Below are positions 10,731 to 19,546 of a stretch of 64,000 nt of DNA, piece by piece. The notes beneath the pieces were generated by a model that saw only the letters and a list, made by a program, of their open reading frames with translations, ran no database searches and had not been told where the DNA came from. Source of the DNA: Elusimicrobiota bacterium (lineage in GTDB: Bacteria > Elusimicrobiota > Elusimicrobia > UBA1565 > JACRDR01); contig JBGFSC010000006.1 of assembly GCA_041694815.1 (NCBI GenBank), forward strand, positions 24,937 to 88,936. The letters are read 5' to 3'. How positions within the stretch are numbered: the stretch's first letter is position 1; every line of letters starts with the position of its first letter. A program made the position numbers and the translations under genes.

Positions 10731-11342
10731 ATGAGCAAGGCCACGGCAAGCTACTGGCTCGCCTTAGCCATTATCGCGCTCTCTGCGGTTGGCCGCGCGG
10801 CGGAGACCGCCAAAAGCGACGAGGAGGCCAAGCAGCAGGCTGACCTCCAATTCGATGAGTCGGGCAAACTGCCCCTACTTACCTTACCGAAAGGGTATAA
10901 AGCGGAAAGACCGGCGATGGGCAGTCTCGGAACAGCTCCTCTTAATATCACCGATGCGCAGGACAAGCTTCCGCTCTTGCCGATCCCTTCACCGGCTCCA
11001 GCCCGACGCGCCGGGCCGAACGTGCTTGAAGGGCTTATCGGCAGCTTGATCGGCTCCGCCATCGGCAGCCATGTATTTGTCAATGTCTTTACCCCGATGT
11101 TCTCGGCGCAGCCGCTGCTGATCCCCATCGTCGCGGCTATTTTCGGCATGTCCATGGGGACTCGCATGGCCATGCCGATGGCGATGTTGATAAGGCGTCG
11201 CTGGCCCATGATCGTTATGCCCCTGTTGCTCGGAGCCGTTTGCTTCCTGATCCCTCCCATGGGTGGAGCGATATGGGGAATGATGATTCTGGGACCGCTA
11301 TTCGCCCGCCTTTTGGCTAAACTCGGGTCTTTAAAGAAGTAA
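10731..11342 (+). CDS. Exported/membrane hypothetical protein with QFDExGKLPLL leader and hydrophobic C-terminal half
   Basis: Signal-like N-terminus; shared leader with 8277..8888; several Gly/Met-rich hydrophobic segments; starts 2 bp after the lon stop. Confidence 0.75.
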   Translation: MSKATASYWLALAIIALSAVGRAAETAKSDEEAKQQADLQFDESGKLPLLTLPKGYKAERPAMGSLGTAPLNITDAQDKLPLLPIPSPAPARRAGPNVLEGLIGSLIGSAIGSHVFVNVFTPMFSAQPLLIPIVAAIFGMSMGTRMAMPMAMLIRRRWPMIVMPLLLGAVCFLIPPMGGAIWGMMILGPLFARLLAKLGSLKK

Positions 11343-11356
11343 AAAACGGCGGGGCT

Positions 11357-12997
11357 CTACATCCGTTCCGGCGCCGAAACGCCCAATAGCCCCAATCCCT
11401 CGGCGATCACGGCGCGCACCCCTCCGCAGAGAGCCAGGCGCGCGCGTGACAACTCCGCTTGAACCGCGTCGACGACGCGGCATTTCTCGTAGAAGGGGTG
11501 GAACAAGCCGGCGAGCTCCAGCAGGTAGTTGGCCAAGAAATGCGGGGAGAGTTCCGCCTCGCAGCTGCGCAGGGCCGCCGGAAACCAGGCCGTCTTGGCC
11601 AATAGGGCGCGCTCCTCCGGGGAGCGGAGCATCGCCGCGTCGAATTCCGCCCTCTTCTCTCCCAGGACCTTTTCCGCCTCCCGAAAAATCGAGCAGATCC
11701 TGGCGTGCACGTACTGGACATAATAGACCGGATTCTCCTGGGACTGCTTCTTGGCCAATTCCAGATCGAAATTCATGTGGGAGTTGGCCGTGCGCAGGGC
11801 GAAGAAGAATCGGCAGGCGTCCCGGCCGACTTCCTCGACCACCTCGCGCAAAGTGACGAACTCGCCGGCGCGCTTGGACATCTTGACCGCCGTCGTTCCG
11901 CGGTAGAGGTGCACCAGCTGGTGGATGATGGCGTGGAAGTATTCCGGGGGACGGCACAGCGCCGCGATCGCCGCGCGCATGCGCGGCACGTAGCCGTGAT
12001 GGTCGGCCCCCCAGATGTCGACGAGCTCCGTCCAACCGCGGTCGAACTTGTTCTTGTGGTAGGCGATGTCCGGAAGGAAGTAAGTGGGATTGCCGTCCGA
12101 TTTGACGAGGACGCGGTCCTTGTCGTCGGCCCCCGCCTCCAGCTGGCTGGTGCCGAGCCACACGGCCCCCTCTTTTTCGTATACCATCCCGCGCTTCCTT
12201 AAGTAGTCGAGGGTCGACTCGACGGCCTTGGAGGCGTAGAGCTCGCTCTCGCGGAACCAGCGGTCGAAGGCGACCCCGAAGGCGTCCATATCCGCCTTGT
12301 GGGAGGCGAGCATCAGCTCCATGGCGTAGCGCCCCCATGCGTGCTCATCCCAGCCAGCGGCCTCGGGAGGGGCTGCGGCCGCGACCTCCTTTAGGTATTC
12401 GCCTTGGTAGCCGTCCGTCGGGACTTCCGCGGGCTTTCCTTGAAGCTGCAGGTAGCGCGCTTGGGCGGAGCGGCCGAGAAGCTCCGCGCGGGCACCCCCG
12501 TCATTGATGTAACATTCGCAGCCGACCTTATGGCCGATGCGGCGGAGTATCTTGGCCAAGCTGTCGCCCAGCGTGGCTCCCCGCCCGGAGGCCAGGTGCA
12601 GCGGGCCGGTGGGATTGGCCGAGACGAACTCGATCAAGAGGGAACGGGCCGCGACATCCGGGTCGCGCCCGTACTCGCCGGGCTTGGCGAGCAGCGCGCG
12701 TAGATTTTCCGCCAGCGCCTCCGGCCGCAGCTTGAAATTGACGAAGCCAGGCGCGACGGCCTGCGGCGTCTCGACGCCGCCCAAATCCCGCAGTGCCTCG
12801 GCCAATTGGGCCGCTACCTCCAGCGGCTTGCGGCCCATGGCCTTGGCCAGTGAGAGGGGCCAAGGCAGGGAAAAATCCGCGGGGACGTGGGCCGGCGCCG
12901 GAGCGAATGTGAAATGCCGGGGGGCCTCGACGCCTTGGCCCTGCGCCCAAGCCTTAAGCCGCGAGGCCGCTTCCCGTTGAACCCTTTCGATGATCAC
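11357..12997 (-). CDS. argS: Arginyl-tRNA synthetase
   Basis: EFVSANPTGPLH, WGADHHGY, KMSKRAG, ENPVYYVQYVHARICSI, LGVSAPERM. Confidence 0.97.
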   Translation of the reverse strand: MIIERVQREAASRLKAWAQGQGVEAPRHFTFAPAPAHVPADFSLPWPLSLAKAMGRKPLEVAAQLAEALRDLGGVETPQAVAPGFVNFKLRPEALAENLRALLAKPGEYGRDPDVAARSLLIEFVSANPTGPLHLASGRGATLGDSLAKILRRIGHKVGCECYINDGGARAELLGRSAQARYLQLQGKPAEVPTDGYQGEYLKEVAAAAPPEAAGWDEHAWGRYAMELMLASHKADMDAFGVAFDRWFRESELYASKAVESTLDYLRKRGMVYEKEGAVWLGTSQLEAGADDKDRVLVKSDGNPTYFLPDIAYHKNKFDRGWTELVDIWGADHHGYVPRMRAAIAALCRPPEYFHAIIHQLVHLYRGTTAVKMSKRAGEFVTLREVVEEVGRDACRFFFALRTANSHMNFDLELAKKQSQENPVYYVQYVHARICSIFREAEKVLGEKRAEFDAAMLRSPEERALLAKTAWFPAALRSCEAELSPHFLANYLLELAGLFHPFYEKCRVVDAVQAELSRARLALCGGVRAVIAEGLGLLGVSAPERM

Positions 12998-13362
12998 GCC
13001 TTTTTCCGCGCGCGGGGCTGCCAGCGCTGCTTGGGCGCGTCCCGGTAGAGCTTGTCGAGCGCGTAGAAGGCGCGCGCCTCGGGGTGCGTCAGGTGCACGA
13101 TCAGGCCGCCGAAGTCGAGCACGCGCCAGAGCCCGCTGTGGGCGCCGTCTCGGTGTAGCAGCTCCACGCCGGAGCCCTCGAGGAGCTCGCTGACGGCGGC
13201 CTCGACGGCCTCCAGATGGGCGGGGGACTGCACGTCAACGAGCAGGGCGTAATCGGCCAGGGAGCTTAAGCGGTGTATGTCGAGGAGCACGATGTTTTCC
13301 GCCTTCTTGTCGTAAGCGGCGCGGGCCGCGTGGGTCGCGAGGCTACGGAAGGCCGAGGGCAC
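12994..13362 (-). CDS. rsfS: Ribosome silencing factor RsfS (Iojap)
   Basis: C-terminal part of ORF 12994..13992: DKKAENIVLLDI, WRVLDFGGLIVH, RAFYALDKLY. GTG start overlaps the pilT stop. Confidence 0.88.
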   Translation of the reverse strand: MPSAFRSLATHAARAAYDKKAENIVLLDIHRLSSLADYALLVDVQSPAHLEAVEAAVSELLEGSGVELLHRDGAHSGLWRVLDFGGLIVHLTHPEARAFYALDKLYRDAPKQRWQPRARKKA

Positions 13363-14450
13363 TATCCGATGAGTTGCGCCCTGGGGCCGCCCGTGTAGCC
13401 GGTGAGCATCTTGAAGCCCTCGAGGTTGTGGGCGCGCGACATCGCCTCCTCCGGGCTCACCAGCCCGCCCTTGACCAGGTCGGCCAAGGCCTTGTCCATG
13501 GGGATCATGCCGAACTTGGCGCCGGTATCGATGGCCCCGTAGAGCATGTGCGTCTTGCCCTCGCGGATGAGATTGCTGATGGCCGGGGTCATCACCATGA
13601 CCTCGCGGGCGGCGATGCGGCCCTGCCCGTCGCGGCGCGGGAGCAGAAGCTGCGAGACGACCCCCTGCAGGGCCGTCGAGAGCATCACGCGGATCTGCTG
13701 CTGCTGGTGCGGAGGAAACACGTCGATGATGCGGTCGATCGTCGACGGCGCGTCCTGGGTGTGCAGGGTGCCGAAGCAGAGATGCCCCGTCTCGGCGGCG
13801 GTGAGCGCCAGGGAGATGGTCTCCAAGTCGCGCATCTCGCCGATCAAGATGACGTCCGGGTCCTGCCGCAGGGCGTGCTTTAGGGCGTCGTTGAAACTCT
13901 TGGTATTTTGCCCCACCTCGCGCTGGCGGAAGACGCATTGCTTGGATTCGTAGACGAACTCGATCGGGTCCTCGATCGTGAGCACGTGGCATTTGTACTT
14001 TTGGTTAATGAGCTCCATGATCGCGGCGAGCGTAGTCGACTTGCCCGAGCCGGTGGGGCCGGTGACGAGCACGAGGCCGCGCGGCAGGTCGGCGAACTCG
14101 ACGACCGTCTTGGGCAGGCGCAACTGCTCCGGTGTGGGGATATTGGAGGAGATGACGCGCATGACCGCCTCCACGCCCGTGCGTTGGGCCAGCACGTTGA
14201 CGCGGAAGCGCGCCAAGCCCGACACGGCGAAGGAGCAGTCGAGCTCCCAATGCTCCTCGAACTTGGCGCGCTGCTCCTCGTAGAGGATCGAGTAGATCAA
14301 GCGCTTGGACTCGTCGGCGTTGATCGAGGGAAAGCCTGGGATCTCGGCCATGTCGCCGTCGAGGCGCATCATGGGGGGCTTGCCGATGACGATGTGGATA
14401 TCGCTCGCTCCGGCCTGCACCGCGGCTTTAAGCACCTCGACTAATTCCAT
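13362..14450 (-). CDS. pilT: Type IV pilus retraction ATPase PilT/PilU family
   Basis: ASDIHI, GPTGSGKSTT, TIEDPIE, ALRQDPDVILIGEMRD, AAETGHL, TLHT, NLIRE. ATG 14450 with GGAGG. Confidence 0.93.
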   Translation of the reverse strand: MELVEVLKAAVQAGASDIHIVIGKPPMMRLDGDMAEIPGFPSINADESKRLIYSILYEEQRAKFEEHWELDCSFAVSGLARFRVNVLAQRTGVEAVMRVISSNIPTPEQLRLPKTVVEFADLPRGLVLVTGPTGSGKSTTLAAIMELINQKYKCHVLTIEDPIEFVYESKQCVFRQREVGQNTKSFNDALKHALRQDPDVILIGEMRDLETISLALTAAETGHLCFGTLHTQDAPSTIDRIIDVFPPHQQQQIRVMLSTALQGVVSQLLLPRRDGQGRIAAREVMVMTPAISNLIREGKTHMLYGAIDTGAKFGMIPMDKALADLVKGGLVSPEEAMSRAHNLEGFKMLTGYTGGPRAQLIG

Positions 14451-14543
14451 GAAGCCTCCCGGGTCCCTTTGCTTTGCGGCGGGTTCTGCCACGCCACCCC
14501 GCCGCATTTCAAGCATAAAGGATGCACGGTAATGCCAATCCTG

Positions 14544-15395
14544 TCAAGGAGAGATTTTCTTGCAGCGCTTAAAATCCCGGCCGAACACGATCGCCACGGG
14601 CGCGGCCGCGCGGGGGTCGGGCCGCGCGAGCACCTCGGCGTCCGGGCAGCCGATGGCCCGGGCGGCGCGCTCGGCCCGAGCGGGCCAGGCGCCTCGGTCG
14701 ATGAGCAGGGTCGTCTCTTCCTCCGTCGGGGCGTTGCCGAAGGCGACCACGTCGAGGCCCTGCGCCCGCAGGGCCTTCGTGGCGGCGAGGGCCAACCCCT
14801 GCCTGCCCGAGGCGTTGAGGAGTTCGACCTGGAGGAGGCCCCCGGGTTCGTCCTCAGGACCTAGGATCCGACGCACGGTCTCGGGCACGTCGTCGGGCGA
14901 CCCAAGCCAATGCAGGCGGATCGCGCGTGGAGAAGTCCGATACGCCTCGAGGACGAGCAGGAGACGGTCGAAGGCGCGCAATGGGAACGCGCCGTCGAGC
15001 CGGCCGAGCAGCGCCGACAGCCGGCCCCAGAAGCGCAAATCCCTGGAAGCGTCCGCGAGTCGGGCGCGCAGACGCCGGGGGGAAGGCGCATCGCCGGGAA
15101 CGTCGATCGAGAGCCCGAAACGCGGTTCGGGCAGGGCGAGAATCCATTCCTCGATGCCCTTATTGCCCGAGGCTACGTAGAGCAGGGACAATTCCGAACG
15201 CGCCGGCAGATAGAGCAGCGCGTATATTTGGGCCTGCAAGGCGTTAGGGCGCAGGGTCAGCAGGCAGGAGAGCGGGGCCCCGGAGCGCAGATGCGCGGCC
15301 ATCCTTGAGCGAGCGGTGAGAAAGGCGAGGGCGGCGACGCCCGCGAGCAATAGGGCGGCGAGCCATGCTTCCCTTTTTCTTTCGGGGCCGTTCAT
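14544..15395 (-). CDS. Membrane protein with LytR C-terminal domain (degenerate LCP-like)
   Basis: N-terminal TM; VELLNASGRQGLA...FGNA...VAIVFGRDF; ATGA-coupled to nadD. Confidence 0.75.
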   Translation of the reverse strand: MNGPERKREAWLAALLLAGVAALAFLTARSRMAAHLRSGAPLSCLLTLRPNALQAQIYALLYLPARSELSLLYVASGNKGIEEWILALPEPRFGLSIDVPGDAPSPRRLRARLADASRDLRFWGRLSALLGRLDGAFPLRAFDRLLLVLEAYRTSPRAIRLHWLGSPDDVPETVRRILGPEDEPGGLLQVELLNASGRQGLALAATKALRAQGLDVVAFGNAPTEEETTLLIDRGAWPARAERAARAIGCPDAEVLARPDPRAAAPVAIVFGRDFKRCKKISP

Positions 15396-16516
15396 GGGAT
15401 GGAGCGCAGCAGAGCCGCCCCCATGGGGTGCTCCCAATGCCCCATCGACCTGGCGTGCCGCAGCTTCATTCGCGCCGCCCGCTTGAAGGCCGAGTCGAGA
15501 TCGCGCATGGCCAGCGCCCTCAGCGGCGCGGCCTCAGGGAAGTTCCTGTCCGGAGAAGCGGCGTCGGCCACGTACAGAAGGCGCTCGAGGCGGCTAAGGC
15601 CGGGCTTGCCCAGGGTATGATGCGCGATGGCGCCCAAGACCGCGGCGTCGGAAACGCCGAAGCGGCGGCGGGCCATGTCCGCGCTGATATAGGCATGCGC
15701 CAAGAGCGGGGCGTGCCGTAAGGTTTTGGATTTGGCGGGAATTGGAAGGCGCCGTCTTAGGGCATAGCGGCGCATCTGCGCCGGATCGAGCGATCTCCCG
15801 CAGTCGTGCAATAGCCCGGCGCGGGCCGCGGACTCGATATTTTCGCCGTGCGCGCGGGCCAGGCGCGCGGCCAGCCCCGCGACGGCCAAGCTGTGGCGGT
15901 AGCGCTCGGGCTTGAGCTCCCGGCGGAGCGCCTCGCGGATGCCGGCTCCGTAGAGGCCGTTGCGCCGGATATACCGCAGGACCGGCGCGGGGATTTGCGC
16001 GGAGCAGTCCTCTCCTAGGAGCAGTCGCGCGCGCAGTTCGCTCGAGGAGATGTCGGGGAAAACCCCCGGCAGTAGGAGGTCGGGTCGGCCGAAGGCGGCG
16101 GCGCCGGGCCGCCGGCCGACCGCCCATCGGAATCCTTTGCGCAATTCGGCCTGGCGCTTCCAGCCGCCTAGCGCCGCGAAACAGTCGCTTCCGCAAAGAA
16201 ACCACAGCTGCTCCGAGGGAAACCTCGAGCGGAGGCGGCGCAGCAGCTGGTAGGTGTAGGTCCGCCCCTGGCGTTCGAGCTCGAATCGGTCGATCGCCGG
16301 CCGCTGCCCGCGGGCGGCCTTTTCCTCGAGCATGAGAGAGAGCATGCGCAGGCGATGGGGGACGCTCGCGGCGTGAGACTTTTTGAACGGCGAAAGCTTG
16401 GAGGGAACGACGATGGTCCGAGACGGCCTAAGCGCCCGGATGCCGGCTTGGAGCAGGCGCGAATGCCCCCGGTGGGGGGGATCGAAGCTCCCGCCGAAGA
16501 CCAGGACGCGGCGCAC
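15392..16516 (-). CDS. nadD: Nicotinate-nucleotide adenylyltransferase fused to YqeK-type HD hydrolase
   Basis: GGSFDPPHRGH, GSD, DISSSELR, YIRRNGLY; then RYRHSLAVA, GLLHDCG, AIAHHTLG, LYVAD. Confidence 0.9.
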   Translation of the reverse strand: MRRVLVFGGSFDPPHRGHSRLLQAGIRALRPSRTIVVPSKLSPFKKSHAASVPHRLRMLSLMLEEKAARGQRPAIDRFELERQGRTYTYQLLRRLRSRFPSEQLWFLCGSDCFAALGGWKRQAELRKGFRWAVGRRPGAAAFGRPDLLLPGVFPDISSSELRARLLLGEDCSAQIPAPVLRYIRRNGLYGAGIREALRRELKPERYRHSLAVAGLAARLARAHGENIESAARAGLLHDCGRSLDPAQMRRYALRRRLPIPAKSKTLRHAPLLAHAYISADMARRRFGVSDAAVLGAIAHHTLGKPGLSRLERLLYVADAASPDRNFPEAAPLRALAMRDLDSAFKRAARMKLRHARSMGHWEHPMGAALLRSIP

Positions 16517-16578
16517 TCGAATATCCTATCAAACTTGACAAAGGCGGCGGAATTCTGGGATTATCGCCGTATTCCCCG

Positions 16579-17745
16579 ATGCTCAAAATACTGCCTTTTT
16601 CCGCCGTCCGCTATGACCCGCGCAAGGTTCCCTTGAGTCGGGTTCTTTGCCCGCCCTATGATGTCATCAGCGAGAGCGCGGCCGCGCGCCTGAGGGCGTG
16701 GAAATACAACGCCATTCATCTGGAGTCTCCTAACGGCGGCCCGGGCCGCTACGTACGAGCGGCGGCGGCCTTCAAGCGCTGGATGCGCGATGGCGTGCTG
16801 CGGGCCGACGAGAGGCCTGGCTACTACTTAGTGGAGCAGCGCTTTCGCTTCGCGGGGAAAACCCGTCGCCGAGTGGGCCTTTTGGCGGCCCTCGGCCTGG
16901 ATGCCGCGGGACCGGGAAACGTCCGCCCTCATGAGAAGACGCTCACCAAGCCCAAGAAGGATAGGCTACGCGTTCTATCCACGCTCAAGGTCAATACCAG
17001 CCCCATCTTCGGGCTCTACAGCGACTCCTCCGCCTCCTTGCGCCGGATTTTCCTTGGGTCGATGCAAGGCAGGCCCATCGCCGCCGGCAGGGCCCTGGGG
17101 GGGGAAGCCTTCCGCGTATGGAGAATCGCCGATAGCAAAGCCGCTACGGTGGGGCGTTTGTTCAAGCCCAAAAAAATATTCATCGCCGATGGGCATCATC
17201 GCTTCGAGGTCGCCAAGGCCTACTGGCGGCGCGGTCATCGCCGCGCCGGGCGGATGCTGATCTATCTCTGCGCCGAGGAGGATCCGGGCTTGTTGGTCTT
17301 GCCCACCCATCGGGTGTTGGTGCCCCCCGGTCCGGCGTGGGAGAGGGTGCGGGCGCTTTGCCGCCTTTCACCTTGCCCGCTGCGGCACCTGGAAGGCAGG
17401 CTGGCCAGGAGATCCTCGCCATACGCCTTCGGCGTTTGCGATGACTCAGGGCGGGTTTGGATCGCCGTGCCCAAGAGCGCCGGGGGCGCGCGCAGCGGCC
17501 TCGTCGTCGAATGGCTGGCCCGGAATCTCGCGGCCGATGTGGACCCGCACCGCATCCTATATACCCATGAACTCCGGGAGGCCGTACGCATCGCGCGGAG
17601 GGAGAAGGGCCTGGCCTTGATCGTGCCCGCCGTCGGCGTGCGCGCCATCCGGAAGGCGGCCGACGCCATAGGCCTTCTCCCGCAGAAGTCGACCTATTTC
17701 TATCCGAAGATAGCCACCGGACTGGCCTTCCACAGGCTTTCATGA
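16579..17745 (+). CDS. DUF1015 family protein
   Basis: PPYDVIS, PHEKT, IADGHHR, PTHRV, LPQKSTYFYPK. Confidence 0.88.
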   Translation: MLKILPFSAVRYDPRKVPLSRVLCPPYDVISESAAARLRAWKYNAIHLESPNGGPGRYVRAAAAFKRWMRDGVLRADERPGYYLVEQRFRFAGKTRRRVGLLAALGLDAAGPGNVRPHEKTLTKPKKDRLRVLSTLKVNTSPIFGLYSDSSASLRRIFLGSMQGRPIAAGRALGGEAFRVWRIADSKAATVGRLFKPKKIFIADGHHRFEVAKAYWRRGHRRAGRMLIYLCAEEDPGLLVLPTHRVLVPPGPAWERVRALCRLSPCPLRHLEGRLARRSSPYAFGVCDDSGRVWIAVPKSAGGARSGLVVEWLARNLAADVDPHRILYTHELREAVRIARREKGLALIVPAVGVRAIRKAADAIGLLPQKSTYFYPKIATGLAFHRLS

Positions 17746-18533
17746 GATTCTCCGTCATCATGCCGACTTGGAACGAGGGGGCCCAGATCGGCTCCGCGCT
17801 CAAGCGCCTGCGCGAAATCTCGGACGAGTCCTCGATGGAGATCATCCTGGTTGACGGGGGAAGCACCGATAAGACCGTCGAGCACGCCAAGGACTGGGTC
17901 GACCAGCTGAAGGTGCTGGAATCCCCCAATCGAGGAGCCCAGCTGCACGCCGGGGCGGGGCTGGCCAAGGGTGACCTGTTATTCTTCCTGCATGCCGACA
18001 CCCAGCCTCCCGGACATTGGCAGGAGCGCTTGGAGAAGGCGTGGCTGGGAGACCCGCACGACTCCTTGGCGGCGACGGTGTTCTCGGTGGATTACGGTTC
18101 CCGGCTTCCCTTGCGGCTCGTGGCTGCGGGCCAAAACTGGCGCGCCCGATGCTTCGGCCTGGCGTACGGGGATCAGGGTTTTTGCGTCTCCTCCGAGATT
18201 TACGCCAAGACGGGCGGCTTCCCCCAGCAACCACTCATGGAGGATATCGAGTTCTGCAACCGGCTGCGGCGCTTCGGCCGCATCCAGCTCCTGCCGGAGC
18301 TCATACGGCCCTCCGCGCGGAGGCTGCAGCGTTCGGGCCCATTGCTCAATTCCCTGCGCAACCAATGGATATTCCTGCGCTATGTGTTGGGCGCCGACCC
18401 GCAAAAACTATGGCGCCATTACTACAAGAAGGACTTGAAGGAAGCGCCGCCGCCGGCGCCGGACACCGGGGATCCGAGCCGGCATCCCTTCGCGTATTTA
18501 CGCGAAAAAAAGAGCGAAAACAGGAAGAGGTGA
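17742..18533 (+). CDS. GT2 glycosyltransferase (TIGR04283-like)
   Basis: SVIMPTWNE, VDGGSTD, FLHADT, YGDQG, PLMED, SARR. Confidence 0.85.
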   Translation: MRFSVIMPTWNEGAQIGSALKRLREISDESSMEIILVDGGSTDKTVEHAKDWVDQLKVLESPNRGAQLHAGAGLAKGDLLFFLHADTQPPGHWQERLEKAWLGDPHDSLAATVFSVDYGSRLPLRLVAAGQNWRARCFGLAYGDQGFCVSSEIYAKTGGFPQQPLMEDIEFCNRLRRFGRIQLLPELIRPSARRLQRSGPLLNSLRNQWIFLRYVLGADPQKLWRHYYKKDLKEAPPPAPDTGDPSRHPFAYLREKKSENRKR

Positions 18534-18534
18534 A

Positions 18535-18759
18535 ATGATCAAGCTACTGATCGCCGCCGTCGTCTGCGCCGCGCTGTATGTGGGCTTGTCGAAGTTTTGG
18601 ACGAAGGAAAAGGTGATGGAAAGCGCCCCGGTGCAGTACACCCAAGGCCTGCAGCAGAACGTGGAGAAGGCGGAAAAGTCCGCCGCGGCCGCCAACCAAA
18701 AGATCGCCGAGATGCAGCGGCAGGCCGACGCCTTCCGCCAACCATCTTCCGGCGAGTAG
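18535..18759 (+). CDS. Small membrane-anchored hypothetical protein
   Basis: GAGG SD; hydrophobic N-terminus followed by a coiled-coil-like helix. Confidence 0.65.
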   Translation: MIKLLIAAVVCAALYVGLSKFWTKEKVMESAPVQYTQGLQQNVEKAEKSAAAANQKIAEMQRQADAFRQPSSGE

Positions 18760-18776
18760 CTGTATTTCTGAAAACC

Positions 18777-18839
18777 TAGTACTTTAGGCCTATCCTGGCT
18801 GGGAACAAAAAAAGGTCCAAAATTGGACCTTTCGACCCA
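18777..18839 (+). promoter_or_regulatory. Triple-box operator array B
   Basis: TAGTACTTTAGGCCTA 18777-18792, degenerate TGGGAACAAAAAAAGGTCCAA from 18800, TTGGACCTTTCGACCCA 18823-18839 (23-bp period); CATATT at 18862. Confidence 0.65.
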
Positions 18840-18895
18840 TGCGCTCAGCCGATTTTCAAGGCATATTTTTATTGAATGGCAGTTTGGGAGGAAAA

Positions 18896-19420
18896 ATGAA
18901 TTCAAAATCGTTCGTTGTTGCCGCTCTCATGACCTTATGTTGTGTTTCGGGCAGCAATGCCGTCGATAATAGCGATATCGCCGAGGATATTCGGAAAATC
19001 CACAAACACTTTCAGGAGAATGGATTCCGGCATCAGCCGGCCGGATTGCCGCCTCTCAACGGGAGACGCCAGGACTGGGTTGTCGTGGATCGAATGAACG
19101 AGATCATCAAGCATTGCATCACTTATAACTATTGGATCTTGAACCGGCCGGGGGGATTGAACGTTTTCGGAATGAGCCATACGGATCTGTCCCGTTCGTC
19201 CATCGTCTCTTATCTGATGAGCATAGACAGCTATGTGATGGATGCTCGGGAGAAGGCGTGGAACCCGAATGCTCGGAATATTCTACAAACGCTTCACGAG
19301 CACATCATGCTGCGTGCCCATGCAGCGCCGTTGCGTAGCAAAGACGGTCATTTGCTGACCATTTATCATGAGATTTTGGATCTTGCCCAAAAGGCGAAAG
19401 AAGCTGAACGTGGTTATTGA
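18896..19420 (+). CDS. Exported hypothetical protein
   Basis: GGGAGG SD; signal-like MNSKSFVVAALMTLCCVSGSNA; no recognisable family; visibly AT-richer than its neighbours. Confidence 0.7.
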   Translation: MNSKSFVVAALMTLCCVSGSNAVDNSDIAEDIRKIHKHFQENGFRHQPAGLPPLNGRRQDWVVVDRMNEIIKHCITYNYWILNRPGGLNVFGMSHTDLSRSSIVSYLMSIDSYVMDAREKAWNPNARNILQTLHEHIMLRAHAAPLRSKDGHLLTIYHEILDLAQKAKEAERGY

Positions 19421-19448
19421 TTAGTTCGGTTCCGCACGTCTTCCTAAC

Positions 19449-19512
19449 TAGGCATAAAGGCCTAATCATTCCTGGGCCGAAAGACCCGGACTCTTTAGGC
19501 CCTTTGTATCCT
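19449..19512 (+). promoter_or_regulatory. Triple-box operator array C
   Basis: TAGGCATAAAGGCCTA 19449-19464, TGGGCCGAAAGACCCG 19473-19488, TAGGCCCTTTGTATCCT 19496-19512; TAAAGT at 19534 (38 bp from the proximal box start). Confidence 0.75.
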
Positions 19513-19546
19513 GCGCCCGACCCCTTTCGCCTGTAAAGTAAAAGGG

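Noticed and set aside
13363..13992. Long N-terminal extension of the 332-aa ORF containing rsfS
   Set aside because: It is an alternative frame inside pilT; RsfS similarity begins at the GTG overlapping the pilT stop.
14523..14538. Possible sigma-54 promoter (TTGGCATTACCGTGCA, minus strand) before pilT
   Set aside because: GG-to-GC spacing is 9 nt rather than the required 10.
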